64,000 nucleotides of DNA from the human T2T-CHM13v2.0 reference genome, Homo sapiens. Under the pieces are notes generated by a model. That model ran no database searches. It was not told the origin of the DNA and was given only the letters and a program-made list of their open reading frames with translations. Shown piece after piece: positions 46,931 through 61,665 of this stretch. Both the position numbers and the translations under genes were made by a program. The stretch lies in NCBI RefSeq assembly GCF_009914755.1, contig NC_060929.1; one strand, 5' to 3'. Position 1 is the first letter of the stretch; every line of letters starts with the position of its first letter.

Positions 46931-47532
46931 TGTATTGATCAGGGTTCTCCAGAGAAATGGAACCAATAGGAGAGAGGGAGAGAGGGAGAGAGAGAGAGAG
47001 AGAGAAACAGATAAATAGGAAACTTAGTATAGAAATGGGGTCATGTGATTATGGAGGCTGAAAAGTCCCACAGCATGCCATCTGCCAGGTGGAGAACAAG
47101 GAAAGCCAATGATGCAATTCAGCCTGACTCAGAAAGCCTGAGACCCAGAGGAGCCAATGTTGTAACTCCCAGTCCAAGGCTGAAGGCCTAAGTACTCCAG
47201 GAGTGGGAGTTTGGAGGTGCTGTTCTAAGTCCAGGAATCCTAAGGTTTCAGAACCAGAAGCTATAATATACAAAAGGAGAAAACAGATGTCCTGCCTCAA
47301 GAAGAAAGAGAGAAATTTGCCCTTCCTTCATCTTTTTTTTCTACTTGGACTCACAATGGATTGATGGATGCCCACCCTCATTAGTGAGGGCTGATACTCT
47401 TTACTCTGTCTACTAATTCAAATGCTAATTTCTTCTAGAAACATTATCATAGCACACCCAGTTATAATGTTTTGCCAGTTATCTAGATATTCGTTAGCCC
47501 AGTCAAGTTGACACGTAAAATTAACCAACACA
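46931..47532 (-). mobile_element. MLT2 (ERVL) 3' LTR
   Basis: tgtattgatcagggttctccagagaaatggaaccaatagg...(GA)n...cccagtcaagttgacacgtaaaattaaccaacaca. Confidence 0.88.
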
Positions 47533-49632
47533 AGTTTACCTTTTATTAACTTGGCACCTAAACCCACTCCTTAACCCATACCTAATTTTCAAGTAAATAA
47601 AATAACAAGGTCATCGTACCACTTGACATGATGTAGCTATCCTGCATACAACAGAAAAAGCACAGACCCCTTTCCCAGGAGAGAAGATAAAGTATTTGAG
47701 TGATATTTACTCTTTATTATCTCCCATAATTTAATTACTGTATAATTAACATATGTATGTTAATATATATAAACATATATATTTATAAAGTCAATACATC
47801 TTATATATTATATGAGAAAAATAGAGGAAAGAAAACAAAAGATATTACACACACACATACACACACAAAAAAATAAAAAACATGTATTCAGCCAACACCG
47901 TAACTCCCTTCTTGGTCTGTTGACTCAAAGGCATGAGGAGCCCAAGTGGCCAGGTAGCAGTCTTAACTTCCAGTTTAATGCAATTATTGTGATACCTCCT
48001 GATGGAAGCACTCCTTCTGGAGCTAAGACCTCTTGGCCAGCAGAACGTAAAATTGTGGGAACAGGAAGCAAAAAAATTGCTAGTAGGTCACTGTGGTAAT
48101 GATGAGTGGTGCCACTCTCATTTCCATTCATTGGTTCCTGATTCATGAATCCCAGCTATGAGAGAAAGATATTGTACACTGACTTAGATAATATACAACT
48201 TTCTGGAGAACTCTGCCCCAGTCCTGCAAAGTATTGTCACCTAGCTGGCACTATCACTATTCCTTCAAATGGATATTCCACTGTCCTATCAATCCAGCTG
48301 CTTCAGGATGGTGAGGAACATGATAAGAACAGTGAATTCCATGAGCCTAGGGCTTTTGCCATGCTTGTTTGTCTGTGAAGTGAGTTTCTTGGTCAAAGCA
48401 ATACTTTGTGGAATACCATGATGATAGATAAGGCATTCTATAAGTAAACAGATGGTAATTTTGGCAGAAGCATTGCATGTAGGGAAGACAATCTGTATTG
48501 AGAGTATCTATTCCAGTAAGGACAAAATGCTACCCCTTCCTTGAAAGAAGTGAACTAATGTAATCAACTTGTGACCAGGTAGCTGGCTAATCAGCCTGGG
48601 GAATAGTGCCATGTTGGGCCTCAGTGTTGGTCTCTGCTTCTGGCAGATTGGGCACTCAGTGGTGGCTGTAGCCAGGTTGGCCTCAGTAAACAGAAGTTTA
48701 TATTGCTTATCCCATACATAATTGTTATCCCTGCAACCATGGCCACTTTGTTTATGAGAATGAGTGGCTGGGAAGGAGGATGACTGGTAGGCCAGAGATC
48801 AGGTCATTATATCCATTTGATTATTAAAAATACTCCTCTGCTGAAGTTACCCCTGATAAGCATTTACATAGAACACAAACATCTTGACCATTCAGAATGT
48901 TTATTGACCATTCAGAATGATCCATCTGTACACCTCTTTTTAAATTTCTTTGTCATCAATTTTCCAATAATATTTCTTAGTCCTTGACCATCGAGCAAAA
49001 CCATTGAGTACAGCCCCTAAATTGCAGATATCCAATTTTGGGTATTACTTGCCGAACCATCTGTAAGCCAGGCTGATGTTTTCTCTTCCTCTGTCAACTA
49101 ATCATAGGTAACTATACATGAAGCTGAGAGTGCAGAGTGGGAGAGAGAAGGCAGTGTAGCAGGAGTCGGGACCATGTACATTCAGGCTATTTATTCATAC
49201 AAATTACTTGTGTGTTCAGAGTTTGCTAAGGGCCTGATAACCTATATATTACTTCTATTTAATGACGGAGTGCTGCTGTGGTTGCCCATATGGCTTGATG
49301 GGCCAGATAACACCTTGTTCATGATAGGCAGCTCAGGTCACATTGTAACTTGGTGGCCAATGATCAAGTGTGCATTTTCTAACACTTAGCAGCAGGCCTG
49401 TAATTCAACCATAGGGACCTGCCAAAGGCTCCAAATAGCATCCCTACATGCCCCTGATAAATCAAGTATCACTGGACATACTGGATCATAAGGCACAATG
49501 ATCTGCTGGCAGAGCAGCTTGCACAGAAGCCTAGACTTGTTGCAGAGCCTTCTCTTGCTCTGGGACCCACTTAAGACTAGCAGCTTTTTGGATCACTCAT
49601 TAAACCTCACTAGAGCAACACAACCAAATGGG
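47533..49632 (-). pseudogene. ERVL internal remnant (dUTPase, integrase, RNaseH/RT part)
   Basis: ORF 47925-48146 (FLLPVPTILRSAGQEVLAPEGVLPSGGITIIALNWKLRLLPGHLG) resembles ERVL dUTPase; adjacent to the MLT2. Confidence 0.8.
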
Positions 49633-50339
49633 AACTATGACAGAAATAAAGTCAAATGACAAATGAAAAACTAGGGGAAATATCTGCAATTAACATCACA
49701 GATAAGGGGTAATTGCTTAAATGGAAATCTCTTCGGTCTTGTTTAGTAAAAGATAAGTAACACTGTAGAAAAATGGGCAAAAGACATGAACATAGACAAA
49801 AGAATCCCTAGGGGTGTAAAAAAGTCCAACTTTATTTATTGTAAGAGAAATACTTATTGAAATTACACTTATCAAGGAAATGGGGAATCAGATGGTCTCA
49901 TATATTGCTCATGGGAACATAAAATTATATAACTGTATGGAAGTCAGTTCAGCAATATCTATCAACACTATAATACCATGTGTCTTTGACCCAGCATTCT
50001 CATTTCTGGGAATGTATTCAACAGATGCATCTGTATTTATAAAAGAAGAAATATTTACAAGGTCATTAATTCGAGCATGATGTGTAATAGCACAATCTTG
50101 GAAACAATCCAAGAGTGCATTAATAGTGGCTGCTTAAATAAATTATGATACATGCATCAAAACTGCAATAAAAATTAAGCAGCTCTCTGTATATTAATTT
50201 GGAAGGATCTCCCAAATATATTGTTAAATGGAAAACTTCAGGCATTAAAGATATATGTTGAATCATAAGATATTGTGGATATGATGCCAGCTTTACGGCT
50301 GCTCAGACTTTGGCCTACATCTGCTGCAAAACCCTTTTT

Positions 50340-51350
50340 TTCCTCTAGGACCCATACAAAACCCAAAAGTCTTTTGTACTACTTGATAAATAGGTCAAAG
50401 CAATATTCACCAGTGTGAAATTGTGCAATTGCTCCCAAAACCCTAGGAGACTTCCCACATGTTTTACTATTTTCTTAGTGGTAAGAGGTACAAGAAATAA
50501 TACTTGTCCTTTACTTTGGAGAGAATATCTCAATAGGACATTCCTTACAACTGGGCTTCTGTACCTCTAAAAACTTCACTGATATGTCAGGCCCTTGAAT
50601 CTTTGTAGAATTTCTATAAAGATTGAAACTTCTACCTTCTAAAGTTAATGTAACAAATGGAAGCAAGGCTTCCAACATAGTTGACACTTTTTTGGATTAT
50701 TCTGTAGGATGATACATACATCAAAACTACAAGTAAGCTACTGTCATCCACTATGATCCCTCTACTTTATGCAGGCACCAAACTGATAAATTGTTTGGGG
50801 ATGTGATGGAGACTACTACCTCTGCAACCTTTAAGTCTGTAGGGGTGGTACAAACCTCCGTCATTCCTCCAGGGATGTAAAAGTCATTTTTAATTTTGAT
50901 GTCTATCTTAGGCTGAAGACACAGAATTCAAGGGCTTCTACTTGTATTTTCCTGCTACTATTGATCTTACTCTTTAGGTGAAGAAAGCACTATATGGTTT
51001 GTGCCACTTGCTTGGTGTATTCATTCCTATTGTATGTTTTAGAACTGGGGAAATGACCACAGGGTATGTCTGTGAACCCATCTGAGCCACTGGGAAGTCA
51101 ATAATCACTTTAACTGCTGAATCTTACTTACTCCTATTCCAACACATGGGCCACGATTTACTGCAGTTCTCAGTACATTAAAATCAGCCTTTGATTCAAC
51201 AGTCCTAAAAAGCTTTGGGTATGCTTTTCCCCTAAGTAAATGGCCATAGGTCTCTGAGGAGAATAGGAATTTACTACTCTATTTAATTGACCAAGTATTA
51301 CAGGATCCTTCTTCATGGGGACCCAGGCTCTTCAGTCAAAAAGGGGTTAT
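50340..51350 (-). pseudogene. Second, more diverged ERVL-like pol/protease remnant
   Basis: ORF 50345-50533 PLTTKKIVKHVGSLLGFWEQ resembles ERVL RT thumb PTTKKEAQRLVGLFGFWRQ. Confidence 0.65.
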
Positions 51351-53089
51351 TGTGCAGTTCTTAAGGGAGGCGGCAGCAAAAGTAAGAAATACTGGTTGGC
51401 TTCCCCAAATGCTCCTTTAAGCAGTGTGAAGATGAGGGAGAGGAGGAGAATATGAGAAATGGAATTCCTGCCAAAATCTAAGTTGTCAGGACCAAAAAAC
51501 AGAGGGGAAAGGTGACTTTCCAATTTTAATTTTTAAAATAAGTAATATCCTTAGGAGAATGTAGAAAAGAGGAGTTCAAGAAGAATGGGACTTCCATCTA
51601 GAGAAGAATTTTTCTGGCCTTAGCAAAGGAGAGACGTGAGAAGTGATAAAAATATTTCAGAAACAAAATGAATACTACGACTCCAATGTTGGCAGGAAAT
51701 TAGTGAGAAAGCCGTTGGACTTCAAGAGGTCTGGAGGCTGGGAATGAGGAGCATTTCAGTGGCTAACTGCATGGATCTTTGGGAACCAAATAAAACAATG
51801 ACCGTTTCAGAGACTGTTGCATGGCTGGTAACCCAAGGCTATCTTTCATCAAATGTCTTTAGTACACTCTCAAGAACTTAGACCTAATGCCCATGGAAAT
51901 TGTAGGAGAAAGGAGGCCAAAATTGCCTGAAATTAAGTATTGTTCTCTTGGTTTTTAAAAGGGAAATTAGATTAATTGTGGTTAGAAGTAAAATTTAAAT
52001 TCCCTAGAGAGTAGCTTAATTCTTAACATACAGGAAAAATTGCCAGAGGAATCTTTACACATAGATACTCAGAGGATCATCTATCAATCAGTTGTACTTC
52101 TTGGGACTTCTAGTGTGATGCACAAGGTGGATCTCTTAGAATTGACAGATATTTTGCCTCTTTCTCTGTGTAAATTAGGGCTAGAATGGGAGGAGCAGCC
52201 AAGAGATTTCATCAGCCACAGTGTGCATGATGGATGAGAACACGGGACACATACCAGTGAAGGGCAGGTCGTATAATAATGTTATGCTAACAGAGATTGG
52301 GAATGCAAATAATCAGGGAGTTCATGTGCTATCTTTTTCACCATGACTCTACTTTGCGCTATTTATTGAATGTACTATTACTTATGAGTGGATGTCTGAG
52401 CCAAAAATACGCCATTTTCTATAGACACAGGTTTTAAAAATTGTGGAAAATTAAATTATCAATATATTAAGAGTTGCAGTATTCAGACCATATATTATAT
52501 TCTTGTTCAAACAAGCTAAAAATATTAAAGATGATACATGTAAGCTTATGCCAAAAATGCCAAAGTGTAATGAACAAATTCCTGTTAGACTGAGTTTAGT
52601 AAACAAAAAGGCACTTCTTTTTTGATGTTACCACAGAAACCCAGTAAGGGAGAAATGTGATCTAACTGGCTTAAATAAAAGATAATGATGAAACCTATTT
52701 TCATAAATTTGCATCAGTCAAATATTTTGATGATTAATAAGCAAGCCAAACTATTATACTTATAAAGAAAGTCTATAAATGATCAAATGCCTTTTATCAA
52801 CATCAAAGTATCTGATTTTTCTATTTCCTTACCTTCACAGCCTATTTAAATAAAAAATGAGAACATTATTTTAAGCTATTATGATCTAATTGTGTGCTAT
52901 ATGAAAGCATAAAAAGACATTCGGATCAAATGGAGTTTGCATTAAAAGAAATCAACTGTTTTCCAGAAAATGGGGGGAAGTTCTATATATATTATATAAA
53001 AGAACAAAGTAATAAATCAGGTTTCTTACATGCTTTATAGAAAATGTTACTTATCGACACTGGACTAAAAAAAGACTGTGCGTAACCCA

Positions 53090-53476
53090 TAGATAAGCCA
53101 ACTCTTATTGTGATAAAACATCAGACAAATCCAAATTGAGAACATTCTACAAAATACCTGACCAGCACTCCTGAAAACTACCAAGGTCAGTAAAAATGAA
53201 AAATGATAACTAAATGTAATATGATGTCCTGAACATGGTTCTGGAACAGAAAAGGACATTAGGTAAAAACTAAGGAAAATTGAATAAAAGTAAGAACCTT
53301 GGTTAATAATAATATATTAATATTTCTCATTAATTTTAACAAATATATCACACTAATTTAAGACATAATAATAGGGGAAAATGGGTGTTGGACATATATA
53401 TGGCTGCTCTCTATATGGCCCAATTTTCCTGTAAATATAAAAGTATCCTAAAATAAAAAGTTTATTTTTAAAAAAT
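53090..53476 (+). mobile_element. L1MB/L1MC 3' end
   Basis: aaaacatcagacaaatccaaattgagaacattctacaaaatacctgaccag...tcctaaaataaaaagtttattttt. Confidence 0.75.
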
Positions 53477-55198
53477 TCCCCACCTCCAAAAAAAATCTTA
53501 TAAATCTGTTTCATGTACTGTAGTATGAACATGATTTCAGAGGGTGAACAGTTAATAAATGTTTATATGACAGTTCAATAAATCAATCCCCTTCTCTAAG
53601 GTTTTCAGGTTTACTTTCTGGCACTACGAGATACTCTAGGCTCACCTTGCTTACTACTTGCCCCAGTCCAGCCATCAGCCATTCCTGTTTCCTTTTATTG
53701 GAGAATAGAAGAATGTAAGGACTGGGTTGTTACTGGTGTTTTGTTGCTTCTAGGCCCTGACAGCTGGCTGACAGAACAAGGAAATATACCTGGTATATTA
53801 ACCTATGTATATACACATATCTATGAATATTTCTTTGTGTAATCATATATATTTATATTAAGCTAAACATCAGTTCATATTTAGGACTCCAACTCTAAAT
53901 CATTACCCTGTGGGTCATTCCAGCCTTCTGTCTTTGTATATCTGCAGCCTCTCAATCCATGGATGTTCTTTTACTTGGTCATCCTCACCCCATGGTTCAA
54001 GGGTATAGTAAGTATTTAGTGATTCTGCATAAATGTTCTGCATATCAATATTCAAGTATTTGTTCAATGTATATGATTTTGATTTAAAGTTATCAGCTCC
54101 AAATGAAGGCTAGGAGGCTAAATTAAACAAATTAAATTGGCTAAAGTTAGAGAGATCTTTTTTTAAAAAATATATGTTACTGAGTAAGCTTATCTCTATA
54201 ATTGGAATTTTAATTTTATCTACTTATATATTGGGCAATTTTGGAAAATGTATTGTCTTCATGTAGGACAGATATCATTTGAAGATATTCTATAAACTAA
54301 ATAAAATAAATAATAGCAATTGTTCTTGATTATTATTGACAGTGATTTTTTTTTTTTACTTTTTAAAAATGTTTCTGGTCAAACAGTGCCATCTGTCTAC
54401 TGGCCCACATTGCAGGTGCATAAGTTTAACACTGTAGCAAATATTTGCTTTAATTAATAATTTCTGAAAATTAGATTCACTGGCACCTTGACTTTATCTG
54501 ATGTCTAGCAATTATGAGTTCCTATTTAAACTCATAAGTTGTTTCAAGTCATAGACTTCATAAATGAAGTGAAACTGGAGTCAAGATTTCTCTGTTCTGT
54601 GTCATCACAGCTTTGCCTTTTTACTAGCTGGGTGACCTTAGCAAGTCACCTCTCTGAGCCTTGTTTTTTTCATTTGTAAAATACAGATTATAAACCTACC
54701 TTAAAAAATGTTGTAAAGATGAAATTAACAAAAAATATAAAGGCCCTGAATACGCTCAACAAAAAAAGTTTGTTTCATTTATCTACAGAACATAAAAATT
54801 GTTTTTAGCCTTCATTTTACAAAAACAGAGATGCCCATTTTTCTAATTTCAGGGTTATATTGTACAATGTCATTTCAATTGAATGAATCAATGGACACAT
54901 TAATTTAGAAGAATAATACTTAAATTTACAGCCATTGACTTATTTGGACAATAATTGACTTTATAGCAGTAGAAATAATGAAAGATACATTTGCTTTCCC
55001 ATAAAAATGTGATTTTAGTGGAGAATAACGTTCCTGAAGGGATGAGTTCCCAAATGTTATTAATCAATATATTATAGCAATGAGCATAATTAACAAAACA
55101 AATTATATTCCTCAGTATTGTTCATCACAAACCTATCTAAATTATATATCAAATAATCAGCAAGTTAATACAGAAATGAATAGCATATATAACATTTA

Positions 55199-55586
<388 letters not shown>

Positions 55587-57895
55587 AAGAAATTTAGAAA
55601 AATACTCCTTGAAGCGCCATGCTGATGGAATAGTTCACTGGAGTGTAAGTGGCAAGATACAGGGTAAGAATCTCTAACTCCAAAAAAACAAAACAAAACA
55701 AAAAACGTAATGAAGACCCAATTTGTTTAATTTCCTAAGCCTATCTTAAGTGGTAGCAGTGATAATGATAATGATGATTTTACCCTCTTCCATTCATAAG
55801 GAACAGTAAAGTTTGTGTAATTGACCTTCGCTTGAAGGGTAAAACTTGTTGGTCTTGGTATTCTCTTCAATAGTGACTTATTAAGAGTGAAAATGAGAAG
55901 AGGAGGTGGAGCAAGATGGTCAAATAGAACCATTCACTGATCATCCTCCCTGCAGGAACACCAAATTGAAAAACTATCTACATAATAAAGCACCTTCATA
56001 AGAAGCAAAAATCAGGTGAGTGGTCACAGTACCTGATTTTAACTTATATCCACTGACAGAGGCACTGAATGGGGTAGGAAAGACAGTCTTCAATTGTTGA
56101 TGCCACCCCTCCGCCATGTGGCAGTGGCCACATAGGGCAGAGAGAGAATCTGTGCATTTAGGGAAGGGAGAGCACAGTGATTGTGAGACTTTGCATTGGA
56201 ACTCAGTTCCGCCATCACAGCAGAAAGCAACACCAGGCAGAATTCAGCCAGCACCGGTGGAGGAAGTATTTACGCTAGCCCTAGGCAGAGTAGAATCGCC
56301 CATCCCAGCAGTCGGAACCTGAGTTCCGGCAAGCCTCACTACCATGGGCTAAAGTGCTCTGGGACCCTGAATAAACTTGAAAGGCAATCTAGGCCACAGG
56401 GACTGCAATTCCTGGCCAGGTCCAGGTGGGGTGCTGGGCTTGGAGCTAGTGAACATGGGGGGCATGTGACCTAATGAGATGTCAGCTGGGGCAGTCGAGA
56501 GAGTGCTTGCACCACTGTTCCCTCAACCCCAGGCAGCACAGCTTGCAACTTTGCAACTCCAGGAGAGACTCCTTCCCTATGCTTGAGGAGAAGAGAGGCA
56601 AGAGTAAAGAGGACTTTTTCTTGTAACTTGGATACCAGCTCAGCCACAGTAGGATTGGACAATGGACAGAGTCCTGAGACCCACATTCAAAGCCCTACCT
56701 CTCAGATAACATTTCTAGACACACCCTTGACCAGAAGGAAACTTGCTGCCTTGAAGGGAAGGGCCTAGTCCTGGCAGGATTCATCATCTGCTGATTAAAG
56801 AGCCCTTGGGCTGTGAATAATGAGTAGTGGTAGCCAGGCACTACTTGCTGTGGGTCTTGGTGAGACTCAGAGATGGGCTGGCTTCAGGTATGACCCAGAA
56901 AATTCCCAGCTGTGGTGGCTATGAGAAACTCCTGCTTGAGAAAAGGAGTGGAAAAAATAAAGGCTACTTTGTCTTATAGCTTAGATACCAGCTTGACCAC
57001 ATTGGGGTAGAGCACAAAGTAGACTCTTGGGGTCCCCAGTTCCAGGCCTTGTCTCTTGGATGGCATTTCTGGACATGTCCTAGCACAGAGGGGAGCCCCA
57101 CTGCCCTGAGTAGAGAGTCCCAAGCCTGGCAGCATTCACTATGAGCTGACTGAAGAGCACTTGGGCCTTGAGTGAACATCAGCAGTAGCCAGGCAGTATT
57201 AATTGTGGGCTTGAGGTTGTGTTGGCCATAGGGAGAGACTTCCTTGCTTGCAGAAAGGGGAGTGAAGAGTGGAAAGGATTCTGTCTTGTGGCTTTCATGT
57301 CAAACATGAAGGAGAAATAAAGATTTTCTAGACAAACAAAAACTGAGGGAATCCATTAACACCAGACCTGTACTACCAGAAATTGCTAAAGGGAGTTCTT
57401 CAATCTGAAAGAAAAATACAATAATGAGCAGTAAGAAATAATCTAAAGGTGCAAAACTTACTGGTAATGGTAAGGACACAGAAAAACATACAATATTATA
57501 GCACTATAGTAATGGTGTGTAAACTACTCATTCCTTGAGTAGGAAGGATAAACAATGAACTAATCAAAAATAACAACTACAAATTTTCAAGCCTTAGACA
57601 GTAAAATAAGATGTAAACCGAAAGAATAAAACATTAAAAGTGTGGAGACAAAGTTAAAGTGTAGAATTTTTATTAGTTTTCTTCGTGTTTTTTGCTTATG
57701 GAATCAGTGTTGTCATTAGTTTAATATAATGGGTTATAAGATATTATTTGCAAGCCTCATGGTTACCTCAAATAAAAAACATACAACAGATACAGAAAAA
57801 ATAAAAAAACATGAAATTAAAACATAAGAAAATCCCCTTCACTAAAAGAAAGGAAGTAAAAAAAAAAAAAGAAGAAGAAGAAGAGACGACCATAA

Positions 57896-58238
<343 letters not shown>

Positions 58239-59394
58239 AGGAGTAAGTTTTTACTCTTCAATAATAACATTAAATGTAAATGGACTAAACTCTCCAATCA
58301 AAAGACACAAAATGGCTGAATGGATTAAAAAGAAAGACCCAATGATCTGTTCCTATAAGAAACATATTTCACCTATAAAGACACACACAGACTGAAAATG
58401 AAGAGATGGAAAAAGATATTCCATGAAAATGGAAATTAAAAAAGAGAAAAAGTAGCTATACTTACATAAGATAAAATATATTTCAAGACAAAAACTGGAT
58501 AAAGAGACAAAGAATGCCATTATATAATAATAAAGGGGTCAATTCAGCAAGAGGATATAACGATTGTAAATATATCTTCACCCAACACTGAAGAACCCAT
58601 ATATATAAAGCAAATATTATTACAGCTAAAGAGAGATGGATCAGAAGAAGATAATAGCTGGCTACTTTAACATCCTACTTTCAGTATTGGACAGATCTTC
58701 CAGACACAAAAGCAACAAACACTGGACTTAATATGCACTGTAGATCAAATGTACCTAATAGATATTTACAGAACATTTAATCCAACAGCTTCAAAATATA
58801 CATTCTTCCCCTCAGCACATGGATCATTCTCAAGGATTGATCATATGGTAGCACACAAAACAAGTCTTAAGAAATTCAAAAAAATTGAGAATATATGAAG
58901 TATCTTCTCTGACCATAATGGAATAAAACTAGAATCAATAACGAGGAATTTTGGAAACTATACAAACACATGGAAATTGAGCAATATGCTCCTAAATGCC
59001 CAGTGGGTCAATGAAAAAGTTAAGAAGAAAATTAAAAATTTTCTTGAAACAAATGATAATGGAAACATAACATATCAAAATCTTTGGTATATAGTGAAAG
59101 CACTACTAAAAGGGAAGTTTATACCTATAAGCACCTATAGAAAAAAAAAGTTACATAAATAACTTAGAAGTGCATCTTAAAGAAAAGGAAAAGCAAGAGA
59201 AAACCAAACCTGAAATTAATGGAAGAAAAGAAATCACAAAGATCAGAGCAGAATTAAAATTGAAATGAAAATAAGACAAAATAATCCACAAAATAAAAAA
59301 TTGTTTCTTAAAAACAATAAACCAAATTGACAAGCCTATAGCCAGACTAAGTAAAAAAGAGAGAAGCCTGAAATAAATAAAATCAGAGAAGAAA

Positions 59395-59684
59395 GGCCAG
59401 GTGCGGTGGCTCATGCCTGTAATCCCAGCACTTTGGGAGGCCACAGTGGACAGATCATGAGGTCAGGTGATCGAGACCATCTTGGCTAACATGGTGAAAC
59501 CCCATCTCTACTAAACATACAAAAAATTAGCTGGGCATGGTGACGGGTGCCCATAGTCCCAGCTACTCAGGAGGCTGAGGCAGCAGAATGGTGTGAACCT
59601 GGGAGGCGGAGCTTGCAGTGAACTGAGATCACACCACTGCACTCCAGCCTGGGCAACAGAGCAAGACTCTGTTTCAAAAAAAAA
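59395..59684 (+). mobile_element. AluY-like inside L1
   Basis: 16-bp TSD aaaatcagagaagaaa at 59379-59394 and 59685-59700. Confidence 0.92.
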
Positions 59685-61665
59685 AAAATCAGAGAAGAAA
59701 AAGGAGACATTACAACTCATACCACAGAAATTTTAAAGATCATTAGAGGGTACTATGAGCAACTATATCTCAATAGATTGGAAAACCTAGAATAAATGAA
59801 TAAATTCCTAGACACACATAACCTACCAAGATTGAACCATGAAGAAACCCAAAACCTGAACAGATCAATAACAAGTAATAAGATTGAAGCCCTAACAAAA
59901 TGTCTCTCAGCAAAGAAAGTTCTGGGAACTGATGGCTTCACTGTAGAATTTTACTGAAGACTTAAGTAAGAACTAATACCAAGTCTACTCAAAACTATTC
60001 TAAAAAATAAAGGAGGGGGGAATACTTCCAAACTCATTCTACAAGGTCAATATTAGCCTGATACCAAAATCAGGCAAAGGTATATCAAAACAAGAAAACT
60101 ACAGGCCAGTATCCCTGATGAATATTGATGTAAAAATTCTCAACAAAATATTAGCAAACCAAATTCAACATTACATTAAAAAGATCGTTCATCAGGACCA
60201 AGTCAGATTTATCCCAGAGATGCAAGAATGGTTCCAGATACACAAATCAATCATTTTGACATATCATATTGATAGAATGAAGGACAGAAACTGTATGATC
60301 ATTTCAAGTGATGCTGAAAAGCATTTCATAAAATTCAACATCCCTTCATGACAAAAACTCTCAAAACATGGATATAGAAGGAACACAATAAAAGCCATAT
60401 ATGCAGACCCATATCTAGTGTCATACTGGATGAGGAAAAACTGAAAGCCTTTCCTCTTAGATCTGGAACATGACAAGGATACTCACTTTCATCACTGTTA
60501 TTCAACATAGTACTGGACGTCTTAGCTACAGCAATCAGACCAAAAAAAGCAAATAAAGGGCATCTAAATTGGAAAGGAAGAAGTTAAATTATCCTTGTTT
60601 ATAGATTATGTAATCTTATTGGATAAACCTAAATACTCCATCAAAAACTATTATAACTGATAAACAAATTAAGTAAAATTGCAGGATACAATATCAACAT
60701 ACAAAAATGAGCAGCATTTTTATGTCAGCAATGAACAACCTGAAAAAGAAATCAAGAAAGTAACCCATTTATGATAGCTAAAAATAAAATAAAATACCAA
60801 GGAATAAGCTTAACAAAGAGGTGAAAGATCTCTACAACGAAAACAATAAAACATTGATGCAGGAAACTGAAGTGGACACACGCAAACATGGAACAACATT
60901 CCAAGTTCTTATACAGGAAGAATTAATTTTGTTATAATGTCCATACCACCCAAAGCAATCTACAGACTCAGTGCAATCCCTAACAAAATATGAACAACGT
61001 GCTTCACAGAAATAGAAAAAAAATCCTAAAACTTATATAGAACCATAAAATATTCAGAATAGACAAAGCCGTCCTTAGCAAAAAGAACGAAACTACAGGA
61101 ATCACATTACCTGACTTCAAATTGTATTACAGAGCTATAGTAACCAAAACAGCATGCTACTGGCATAAAAAAAAGACCAATGGAAAAAAATAGAGAACAC
61201 AGAAACAAATCCATATACCAACAGTGAACTCATTTTTAACAAAGGTGCCAAGAACATACATTTGGGAAAGGACAGTCTCTTCAGTAAAGGGTGCTGGGAA
61301 AACTGGATATCCATATGCAGGAAAATGGAACTAGACCCCTGTCTCTCACCATATACAAAAATCAAATCAAAATGGATTAAAGACTTATTAAATGTAACAT
61401 CTGAAACCATGAAACTACTAAAAGAAGACTTTGGGGAAACTTTCCAGGATATTCAATGGGGCAAATATTTCTTGAGTAATACCTTATAAGCTCAGGCTAC
61501 CAAAGCAAAAATGAACAAATAGCATCACATCAAGTTAAAAAGCTTCTGAACAGCAAAGGAAACAACAGAGTGAATAGACAACCCACAGAATGGGATAAAA
61601 TATTTGAAAACTATCCATCTGACAAGGGATTAATAATCAGAATATACATACAGCTCAAACAACTG

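Noticed and set aside
57290-57310. Spliced L1 integrant explanation for the 5'UTR-ORF1 junction
   Set aside because: The ORF1 side resumes at caaacatgaagg, which in the consensus as I recall it follows ...tcctt rather than an AG, and there are filler bases; a genomic deletion is more likely.
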